64,000 nt of DNA, taken from assembly GCA_038087875.1 (NCBI GenBank), contig CM075985.1:17360001-17424000 (forward strand). Direction: 5' to 3'. Position numbers and translations under genes: made by a program. The notes under the pieces were generated by a model. That model saw only the letters and a list, made by a program, of their open reading frames with translations. It was not told where the DNA came from and did not search any database. Below, in pieces: positions 23,801-34,261 of this stretch. Position 1 is the stretch's first letter, and each line of letters starts with the position of its first letter. The DNA is from Malacoraja senta. Taxonomy: Eukaryota.

Positions 23801-24960
23801 GTTACTATTGGCTCTGACCTTACTCTCTTATCTATTCTCAAACTTTCCTTCCCATTAATTCGGGAGTCTTTTGTAACTTTTCCTGTACTCACTTCCCCTT
23901 TAACTCCTTCTTTATACTCCCAATTTGTCAATCCCTCCCCTCCACTATTTAGTTTAAACCCACACGTGTTGCACTAGCAAACCTGCCTGCCAGAATGTTG
24001 GTTCCCCCTCCAGTTAATGTGTAACCCGTCCCTTTTGTACAAGTCACCCCTACCCCAGAAGATATCCCAGTGGTCTATAAAGCTAAATCCAGCTCCCCAG
24101 CCATATTCAGATCCCCTATCTCCCTGTCCCTGCTCTTATCCCTGCAATCCAGAGATAACCACCCTAGAAGTCCTACTTTTCAGTCTTCTTCCTAACTCTC
24201 TAAACTCACATTGCAGAACCTCCTTCCTCTTCTTCCCGACGTCGTTTGTGTCCACGTGCACAACTACTGCCGGCTGTTCACCTTCCTTCTCGAGGATGTT
24301 CTGAAGTCGGTTCGTGTTATCTTGAACCCTGGCACCAGAGAGGCAACAGACCATCCTCGAGTCTCGCCTACCACCACAGAATCTCCAGTCCGCACCTCGG
24401 ACAATGGAGTTACCCACCACTATCGCCAGTCGAGTCTCATCGCTAGGATTGGAGCCAACGACCTGTCCGCCGCTCGGACTGGAAGCGTCGTCTGCCCTGA
24501 CAGCTCCCAAAAGGGTATACCTGTTTTCATTTGGCACAGCCACTGGGGTCTCCTGCACTCCACGGTTACTCCCCTTTCTCACAGTTCCCCATCTTCGCTC
24601 TTCCTGTATCCTTGGCGTGACAACCTCACTAGGTCCTGTCTGCAAAACTCTCGTTTTCCCGGATGACCCTGAGGTCATCCAGCTGCTTCTCCAGTTCCCT
24701 AACACATTCATTCAGGAGCTGCACCTGGACACAATTTCTGCTGGTGTAGTTTCCAGCAGTGTCCCTGACTTCCCACATCCTACAGGAAACGCACTGTACA
24801 AAAATGCCTGCCATTTCTTCAGAAGACAAGCAAAAATTTCAAACAAATATAGCCTCCTCGCCGAAGACTCTTGAGCCAAAGACTCGCACTTTACTCACAA
24901 GGCACTTCCCCGACAGGCCGCTCCCCAAGAGCAAACCTTGTTTATATTGGCTGATAAATT
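20836..24960 (-). mobile_element. Near full-length CR1 LINE (ORF1 zinc finger plus SGNH esterase; ORF2 APE plus RT), inactivated by frameshifts and deletions
   Basis: ORF1 VQCVSCRMWE and IVVGNSIVRG..CCLSGAR..VVHVDTND; APE YMNARSIRNK, GITETWL, IYRPP, GSDH; RT ORF 21392-22579; tail (TATTGTC)n; nested young CR1 tail at 22638-22812. Confidence 0.93.
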
Positions 24961-25039
24961 GCCTAATTCGTCAATTTATCAATTTGTGAATTAAATTCCT
25001 CAGTCAATCCCTGCACTCCTTCACCTGCTGCCGTCCTCG

Positions 25040-25803
25040 AAGGTATGTCCAGAATGGGCTTCTATCGTATGCACGAGAAGAATGAGAACCAATCTTACTT
25101 AAACAATACATTCGTACGCCGCTAGACCCCTTGCAATTTATGTATAGAACAAATGGGTCTATGGAGGACACCATTTCTCTTGCACTGCATTTGGCCCTGG
25201 ATCTCCTTGACAATAAGAATACCTATGTCAGGATGCTATTCATTGCCTTCAACACCATAATAACAAATAAGCCCACCTCAAACATCTGGACCTATGCCTT
25301 GGAGCCTCCATCTGTAACTGGATTCTGAACTTCTTGATCAGCAGACGTCATTTGATTAGAATTGATCATAGCATTTCATCTTCTTGACCCTCAGCACTGG
25401 TGCTCCTCAGGGTAGTGTACTCAGTCCCTTGCTCTACACCCTGTACCCCCATGACTGAATGGCCAAATACAACATTGATGATACAACTGTGTTGCCCGGA
25501 TCTACAATAACATTGAGCCAAAGTACGAGATAAATGTATTGTCATGGTGTCAGAATGATAATCCAGTTCTTAATATCAGCAAGACAAGGGTTGATTGTTG
25601 ATCTAAGAAAGTGAGGGGGTGAGCACTGCCCTGTCCTCATCAATGGACCTGCTGTAGAGATGGTTAGTAGCTTCAAGTTCCTAGGCATCCGTAGCACCAG
25701 CGACCTAACGTGGCCCATTCACACTGATGCAGTGATCAAGAAAGCACATTTACTTTGGCATGTGAGAAGATTCACATGTTCACAAGGATTCTTCAAACCT
25801 ACA
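25040..25803 (+). mobile_element. Old Rex1/Babar-like LINE RT fragment, probably continuing at 33190-33345
   Basis: [47 protein letters not shown]; downstream piece LQRVVNTAQY..CIRKA..LVKDP. Confidence 0.72.
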
Positions 25804-27684
25804 GTTTAGTTTATTGTCACGTGTACTGAGGTGCAGAGATAAGCTTTTTTCGTTGCGTGCTATCCAGTTAGCAAAACGACTATACATGATTACAATCAAG
25901 CTGTGTACAGATACTAGATAAAATAATAATGTTTAGTGCAAGAGAAGGACCAGCAAAGTTTGATTAAAGAGGCTTTGAGCGTCTCCAATGAGGTAGATTG
26001 TCGGTCAGGATCACTCCCTAGTTGGTGATAGGATGGTTCAGTTTCCTGGTAACAGTTGGGAAGAAACTGTCCTTGAATCTGGAGGTATGCATTTTCATAC
26101 TTCTGTACTTCTTGCCTGATGGGAGAAGGGAGACACGTGTGTGTCTGGGTTGAGACTCATCCTTGATTATGCTGGTGGCCTTGCCGAGGCAGCATGAAGG
26201 GTAAATGGAGTCAATGAAAGGGAGGTTGGTTTGCGTTATGCTCTGGACTGTCCACAAATCTCTGCAATTTCTTGCAGTCTTCGATGGCGATGTTCCCAAA
26301 CCATGTTGAGATGCATCCCGATAAAATGCGTTCTACGGTGCAACTGTAGAAGTTGGTGAGAGTTGTTGGGGACATGTCGAACTTCCTGTGCCTTCTAATG
26401 AAGTAAAGATGTTGCTTTGCTTTCTTGGCTATTTCTTTGATATAGAAACATAGAAAATAGGTGCAGGAGTAGGCCATTCGGCCCTTCGAGCCTGCACCGC
26501 CATTCAATATGATCATGGCTGATCATCCAACTCGGTATCCTGTACCTGCCTTCTCTCCATACCCCCTGATCCATTTAGCCACAAGGGCCACATCTAACCC
26601 TCTTAAATATAGCCAATGAACTGGCTTCAACTACCTTCTGTGGCAGAGAATTCCAGAGATTCTCCACTCTCCGTGTGAAAAATGTTTTTCTCATCTCGGT
26701 CCTAAAAGATTTCCCCCTTATCCTTAAACTGTGACCCCTTGTTCTGGACTTCCCCAACATCGGGAACAATCTTCCTGCATCTAGCCTGTCCAACCCCTTA
26801 AGAATGTTGTAAGTTTCTATAAGATCCACCCTCACTCTGCTAAATTCTAGCGAGTACAAGCCGAGTCTATCCAGTCTTTCTTCATATGAAAGTCCTGACA
26901 TCCCAGGGATCAGTCTGGTGAACCTTCTCTGTACTCCCTCTATGCCAAGAATGTCTTTCCTCAGATTTGGAGACCAAAACTGTAAGCAATACTCCAGGTG
27001 TGGTCTCGCCAAGACCCTGTACAACTGCAGTAGAACCTGCCTGCTCCTATACTCAAATCCTTTTGCTATGAATGCCAACATATAATTCGCTTTCTTCACT
27101 GCCTGCTGCACCTGCATGCCTACTTTCAATGACTGGTGTACCATGACACCCAGGTCTCGTTGCATCTCCGAATGGCCTACTCCTGCACCTATTTTCTATG
27201 TTTCTATATCAAAGAAATAGCCAAGAAAGCAAAAGGGGTTGGACGCCAATTGACCAATGTCAAACGTGCTTTGATTGGACAATTACTACTCAGAAAATTG
27301 GAGATTTTTCTCATATTTTTAAAATATGTGCAGGTTTTGATCTTGACGAGTTTCAGGTATGATTTATATAATATTTTTACTGAATGTTAAAAATTCAGGT
27401 CGTTCCGTGATTTGGGTCACGAACTTAAATGAAAAAGCACCTCAGATCACAGCCTATTTGAGGAAATGAGAGATACTTGAGGGTCACGAGGGGGATTTTG
27501 TGGGAATCATTGAAGATCTCTAATCCCAATCTTGCTCCAAGTTCTCTGTGACCTTCAACACCTGGTGCTGGAGAAGCTGTTTAGGAACAACTTGATGGGA
27601 TTTCTTCTAGCCCCGGATCTCTTCCAGATGGTGTGAAGGGGAAGGTTTGAAACATCTGCCGACTGATGTGGTCGCCAACTGTTT

Positions 27685-28342
27685 GTGAGGAACTTTTCCA
27701 CCGAAGACTTGCAAGAAAATGCCACTGGGGCACATGATGACTCACAGCCCGACGTGTTTGACAAATTTCTCAAGCATCGTGGATTCTCCGTGCAGCCCCA
27801 AGAGGTATTGGACGTATACTTGTCCCATTGCACCCGTAAACCTGTCCCATTGCACCTGTATACCTGTCCCATTGCACCTGTATACCTGTCCCATTGCACC
27901 TGTATACCTGTCCCATTGCACCTGTATACCTGTCCCATTGCACCTGTATATCTGTCCATTTCCTCAAGCACACATTTCCTGATCACTCCAGAGGCACAGC
28001 ATGCAAAACCCAGAGACAGACGCCCCCCAATATCTATCCCTCTCACTGTCCCCACCCTGACCAACAGCCCCAGGTACAGGCAGAAATTCATTACTAAATA
28101 GAGACTCGTACATCGCAGTGGTCCCTGTTAAACTCCTTCAAGTAGGCCCAGACCACAACTTTAGTGAGTAAACCCTAACGAGGGGAAGGGGCAATGTAGT
28201 CTTTAAACTAAAGTGGCCCCAAGCTGAGACTGGCCGAGCCCAATTAGAGAAAACAATTGTTAATCTTTCCCAAACCTTCATCCACACTGAAGCCCAAGAG
28301 AAGGTTCTAAACAGGGGCCTTACCTTTGTACCAACTCCATAA
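27685..28342 (+). mobile_element. 5' fragment of a Penelope-like ORF
   Basis: 28247-28339 translates EKTIVNLSQTFIHTEAQEKVLNRGLTFVPTP, the conserved PLE pre-RT motif (NLS..E..VL..GL.F.PTP). Confidence 0.68.
27815..27960. repeat. 22-bp minisatellite CCTGTCCCATTGCACCTGTATA, about 6.5 copies
   Basis: Directly visible tandem units. Confidence 0.95.
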
Positions 28343-28577
28343 CCATATTCACATAGACCAAGTTATATACAAAACAAACCAATGTCACGTTAGTGATTTG
28401 AAGTCTGCCGACATCCTCCTTCACACTGGACACCTAGAGAGGAAGAGATTCCAATTGAAATTAAATGTCATGAGAAACAGGATCAGCCATTGAAAGGATT
28501 CTAGTGAACCCTACAGGGTAGCAGAATACATTGACTACTGTAATTCACTGGCACAGCAACATGCCAGCCTTGTTGAA

Positions 28578-28850
28578 GGGCAGCACAGTGGCACAGCAGT
28601 AGAGTTGTTTCCTTACAGCGCCAGAGCCACGGGTTCTGTACGGAGTTTGCACGTTCTCCCAGTGACCAAGTGGGTTTTCTCAGAGATCTTCACTTTCCTC
28701 CCACCAAGACGTGCAGGGTTGTAAGTTAATTGACATGGTATAAATGTAACATTGTTCCTAGTGTGTGTAGAATAGTGTTAATGTGCGGGGATCGCTGGTC
28801 GGTGCGGATTCGGTGGGCCAAAGGGCCTGCTTCCGCGCTGTGTCCCTAAA
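28578..28850 (+). mobile_element. V-SINE (HE1-like), B box deleted
   Basis: GGGCAGCACAGTGGCACAGC...GGAGTTTGCACGTTCTCCC...GGGCCAAAGGGCCTG. Confidence 0.85.
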
Positions 28851-30931
28851 CATAGCAGCACATTTGGAAAGTGGTGAAATCATTGGCCAAAGTCAGCATG
28901 GATTTATGAAAGGTAAATCATGTCTGACGAATCTTATAGAATTTTTCGAGGATGTAACTAGTAGAGTGGATAAGGGAGAACCAGTGGATGTGTTATATTT
29001 GGACTTTCAGAAGGCTTTCGACAAGGTCCCACATAAGAGATTAGTATGCAAACTTAAAGCACATGGTATTGGGGGTTCAGTATTGATGTGGATAGAGAAC
29101 TGGCTGGCAGACAGGAAGCAAAGAGTAGGAGTAAACGGGTCCTTTTCAGAATGGCAGGCAGTGACTAGTGGGGTACTGCAAGGCTCAGTGCTGGGACCCC
29201 AGCTATTTACAATATATATTAATGATTTGGACGAGGGAATTGAATGCAACATCTCCAAGTTTGCAGATGACACGAAGCTGGGGCTGTGTTAGCTGTGAGG
29301 AGGATGCTAGGAGGCTGCAAGGTGACTTGGATAGGTTGGGTGAGTGGGAAAATGCATGGCAGATGCAGTATAATGTGGATAAATGTGAGGTTATCCACTT
29401 TGGTGGCAAAAACGGAAAGTAGACTATTATCTGAATGGTGGCCGATTAGGAAAAGGGGAGATGCAACGAGACCTGGGTGTCATGGTACACCAGTCATTGA
29501 AAGTCGGCATGCAGGTGCAGCAGGCAGTGAAGAAAGCGAATGGTCTGTTAGTATTCATAGCAAAAGGATTTCAATGGGGTTAGGTTAGGTAAGGGGGAGG
29601 TACAGTGAGACCTGGGTGTCCTTGTACACCGGTCACTGAAAGTTGGCGTGCAGGTACAGCAGGCAGTGAAGAAAGCTAATGGAATGTTGGCCTTCATAAC
29701 AAGAGGATTTCAGTATAGGAGTAAAGAGGATCTTCTGTAGTTGTATAGGGCTCTGGTGAGACCACATCTGGAGTATTGTGTACAGTTTTGGTCTCCTAAT
29801 TTGAGGAAGGACATCCTTGTGATTGAGGCAGTGCAGCGTAGGTTCACGAGATTGATCCCTGGGATGGCGGGACTGTCATATGAGGAAAGATTGAAAAGAC
29901 TAGGCTTGTATTCACTGGAGTTTAGAAGGATGAGGGGGATCATATAGAAACATATAAAATTATAAAAGGACTGGACAAGCTAGATGTAGGAAAAATGTTC
30001 CCAATGTTGGGCGAGTCCAGAACCAGGGGCCACATTCTTAGAATAAAGGGGAGGTCATTTAAGACTGAGGTGAGAAAAAACTTTTTCACCCAGAGAGTTG
30101 TGAATTTATGGAATTCCCTGCCACAGAGGGCAGTGGAGGCCAAATCACTGGATGGATTTAAGAGAGAGTTAGATAGAGCTCTAGGGGCTAGTGGAGTCAA
30201 GGGATATGGGGAGAAGGCAGGCACGGGTTATTGATAGGGGACGATCAGCCATGATCACAATGAATGGCGGTGCTGGCTCGAAGGGCCGAATGGCCTCCTC
30301 CTGCACCTGTTTTCTATGTTTCTAAGATTTGAGTATAGGAGCAGGGAGGTTCTACTGCAGTTGTACGGGGTCTTGGTGAGACCACACCTGGAGTATTGCG
30401 TACAGTTTTGGTCTCCTAATCTGAGGAAAGACATTCTTGCCATAGAGGGAGTACAGAGAAGGTTCACCAGACTGATTCCTGGGATGTCAGGACTTTCATA
30501 TGAAGAAAGACTGGATAGACTCGGCTTGTCCTAGCTAGAATTTAGAAGATTGAGGGGGGATCTTATAGAAACTTACAAAATTCTTAAGGGGTTGGACAGG
30601 CTAGATGCTGGAAGATTGTTCCCGATGTTGGGGAGGTCCAGAACAAGGGGTCACAGTTTAAGGATAAGGGGGAAGTCTTTTAGGACCGAGATGAGAAAAA
30701 CATTTTTCACACAGAGTGGTGAATCTGTGGAATTCTCTGCCACAGAAGGAGTTGAGGTCAGTTCATTGGCTATATTTAAGAGGGAGTGGCCCTTGTGGCT
30801 AAAGGGATCAGGGGGTATAGAGAGAAGGCAGGTACCGGATACTGAGTTGGATGATCAGCCATGATCATATTGAATGGCGGTGCAGGCTCGAAGGGCCGAA
30901 TGGCCTACTCCTGCACCTATTTTTTATGTTT
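28851..30931 (+). mobile_element. Young CR1 RT-3' segment with a second CR1 (about 29573-30323) nested inside
   Basis: RT motifs; two CR1 tails (about 30320 and 30930); host resumes at AGATTTGAGTATAGG after an A(G/A)GATTT duplication. Confidence 0.88.
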
Positions 30932-32891
30932 CCTAATCGGCCACCATTCAGATAATAGTCTACGTTATTGTTTTTGCCACCAAAGTGGATAACCTCACAT
31001 TTATCCACATTATACTGCATCTGCCATGCATTCGCCCACTCACCCAGCCTATCCGTCACCTTGCAGCCTCCTAGCATCCTCCTCACAGCTAACACTGCCC
31101 CCCAGCTTCGTGTCATCCGCAAACTAGGAGATGTTGCATTCAATTCCCTCGTCCAAATCATTAATATATATTGTAAATAGCTGGGGTCCCAGCACTGAGC
31201 CTTGCGGTACCCCACTAGTCACTGCCTGCCATTCTGAAAAGGACCCGTTTACTCCTACTCTTTGCTTCCTGTCTGCCAGCCAGTTCTCTATCCACATCAA
31301 TACTGAACCCCCAATACCCAATGTGCTTTAAGTTTGTATACTAATCTCTTATGTGGGACCTTGTCGAAAGCTGGTCCAGGACAAGTCGTTGATGATATTT
31401 GCTCCTGGGAACTTGAAGCTTTCAACCATCTCTACTTCACCGTCGATGTAAACTGGGGTATGTGTACCACTTCGCTTACTGAAGTCGATCACAATCTCCT
31501 TTGTCTTGCTGATATTGAGGGAAAGGTTGTTGTCGGCACCAAGTTACAAGGTTCTCAATATCCTTCCTGTACTCCTCTCGCCATTATTTGATATCCAGCC
31601 CACTATAGTGGTTGTGTCTGTGAATTTGTAAATTGAAGGTCGGCACAATGCTGGAGTAACTCAGCGGGTGAGGCAGCATCTCTGGAGAGAAGGAATGGGC
31701 GATGTTTCGGGTCGAGACTCTACTTCAGACTGATGAGTTGTATTTGTATTTGGCTGCACAGTTGTATAAGGAGTAAAGGAGAGGGCTGAGAATGCACATT
31801 TGTGGAGCACCAGTTTTGAGGATTATCATAGAGGATTATTAGGCACCTATCCTCACTGGTCTTTTGCTTAATGTCGAGGATCCATTTGCATAGGTGAGTG
31901 CTGACTCCAAGTTCCACGAGTCTGGAGACAAGCTTGGATGGAATAATGGATTGAAAGCAGAGCTATAGTCTATGAATTGAAGTCTGATGTAGGTGTCTGC
32001 CTTATTCAAGTTTTCTCGGGATTAGTGTAGGGCCAGGACCTGTTGTGGCGGTAGGTGAACTGCAGCATGTCAAGATTGCTTGGTAGACTGGATTTAATGT
32101 GAACCATAACCAGCCTCCCAAAGCACTTCACGATGGTAGATGTCAAGGCCACTGGACAGTAGTCATTGAAGCAGGAGATCTTGCTTTGGCACCTGGATGA
32201 TAATGGTTGTCTTGTAGTGGGTATCTCAGAACAGAGAAAGGAGAGATTAAAGATGTCTGTGAACACTCATGCTAGTTGGTTTGCACAGTTCCTAAGGTCG
32301 CGGCCAGGGACTCTGTCCAGGTCAGTAGCTTTCCGTGGGTTCGCCCTCAGGAAGGCCGATCAGAGGTTTGTAACAGTGACCCTGGGAAGAAACTCACTTG
32401 AGCATCACCAGTGATATAGCCCGACTTTGCTTCACAGCCAGTTATAGTATTCAGGCCTTGCCACAAACAATAGGTATCCAAATGATTATAGTGGGACTCA
32501 AGTTTTTCCCAGTATTGTCTCTTGGCATTCATGATGGCTTTGCAAAGATCAAGCGAACTTTCTTGTACCTCTCGGGATCATTTGACTTGTATGCAGCGGA
32601 GCTGGCTTTCAACAGGGAATGTACCTCGCGGATCATGGTTTCTGGTTGGGGAACACTCTAATTGTTTTTTCTTTGGCAAGCACTTCTCAACACACTTGCT
32701 GATGAAGTCAGTCACAGCAGTGGCGTACTCATTCAGGTTGGCTGCAGAATCCCTGCATGTGAAACAGTCCACTGACTCAAAGCAGTCGCGTTGGATATCA
32801 TCTGTGTCAGCCGACCAACATTGAACAACTTTTTGTACCAGATCTTCCAGCTTCAGTTTTTGTTTGTAGTCAGATAGTTGGAGCAGACTAT

Positions 32892-33079
32892 AGGGCCTGT
32901 CCCACTTGGGCGTTATTTGCGCGTCATTTACGCGACATCATTTACGCGTCACGAAGCACAACGTAACGTGCATATGGCGCGTGGTGAGGTGTGGTGGCGT
33001 AGGCAGGATTTTGGGATTCTCAAAATCCTCGCCCGCCACCTGCGTGACGCGCAAGTGACGCCCAAGTGGGACAGGCCAT
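32892..33079. mobile_element. PIF/Harbinger-type MITE
   Basis: TIR GGCCTGTCCCACTTGGGCGT / ACGCCCAAGTGGGACAGGCC. Confidence 0.88.
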
Positions 33080-33607
33080 TAGGTGATCAGATCTCTCGAA
33101 ATGTTGCTGAGGAATCTAGCAGTAGGCGTTTATAATGGAAGTGTAGCGGATGCGCTATGGAAAGTATTCAGATGGGATGCATCTGAGCCTGATGTCTGTT
33201 TTACTCTTAACAGCCCAAACTTGCAGAGAGTGGTGAACACAGCCCAGTACTTCATGTGCTCATCACATCCACCCATCCATTCCATCTTCGCGTGTTGCAT
33301 TAGGAAGGCTGGAAGTCTTGTCAAAGATCCTTAAACCATGGCCCTTTAATCAAGTGCTTGATTGCTAGCCTAAGTTTCTTTTTTACATATCTGGAATGGC
33401 TCAGTTGCTGTATCATGAGGTTTAAGATTGTGGTATGTCCTTGAGAATACAAATCTAGGGCGACCCACAATCATGTTCGTGAGTGAATGAAGCCTAGTTG
33501 AAGATGCCATTTTACAGTTACTGAAACCTGATCTCATCTGAACATTTAAGTTCCCTCCTCCTATTTCAAAGAGGGGTCAGTTATCCCTGATGGTTTGTTC
33601 ACAATTT

Positions 33608-34260
33608 ATAGGAGTAGAATTAGGCCATTCGGCCCATCGAGTCTACTCTGCCATTCAATCATGGCTGATCTCTGCCATTTAATTGCATTTACCTGCCTTC
33701 TCCCCTTAACCCGTTCTAATCAAGAACTTGTCTATATCTCCCTTTAAAAATATCCACTAACTTGGCCTCTACGCCCCTCTGTGGCAATGAGTTCCACAGA
33801 TTACCTACCCTCTGACTAAATAAACTCCTCCTCACCTTTTTAAAAGAGCGGCCTTTAATTCTGAGGCTATGACCTCTGGTCCTAGACTCTCCCACCAGTG
33901 GAAACATACTTTCCACATCCATTCTATCTGTCTTTCATTATTCTGTAAGTTTCAATGAGGTTCCTCCTCAACCTTCTAAACTCCAGCCAGTAGAGGCCCC
34001 AATGCTATCAAATGCTCATCATATGTTAACCCACTCATTCCTGGAATCATTCTTAATCATCCTGAAACCACCTCTGGACCCTCTCCAGAGCCAGCACATG
34101 CATCCTCGGATATGCGGCCCAAATTTGCTTACAGTACTCCAAATACGACCTGATCAGCGCCTTATAGAGCCTCAGCATTACATCTCGGTGTTTGTATTCC
34201 AGTCCTCTTGATATAAATGCTAGCATTGAATTTGGTTTCCTTACTACCGATTTGACTTAC
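33608..34260 (-). mobile_element. CR1 3' fragment
   Basis: [28 protein letters not shown]; CR1 tail at 33610. Confidence 0.82.
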
Positions 34261-34261
34261 A

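Larger units (their letters stand above)
26442..31370 (-). mobile_element. Young CR1 split into 26442-27167 and 30932-31370 by a 3.76-kb insert
   Basis: The two pieces are adjacent in the CR1 consensus (...GGCCGATTAG-GAAAAGG-GGAGATGCAACG...), as shown by the intact copy at 29440-29470. Confidence 0.85.
25804..33100 (-). mobile_element. Rex1/Babar-like LINE split by nested insertions (pieces 25804-26441 and 31371-33100)
   Basis: IAKKAKQHLYFIRR, TSRFKDSFFP, VFTDIFNLS, NDYCPVALTSTIVKCF, LQFTYRHNRS, SDH; reading is contiguous across 26441/31371 (NDLSWT..IKEIAKK). Confidence 0.82.

Noticed and set aside
27555-28101. Repetitive Cys/His ORFs (CPIAPVYLSHCT) resembling a metal-binding protein
   Set aside because: Translation of a 22-bp minisatellite cycling through frames
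29573-29600. GGGGTTAGGTTAGG telomere-like stretch
   Set aside because: Part of CR1 ORF2 coding sequence (NGVRLGKGE)
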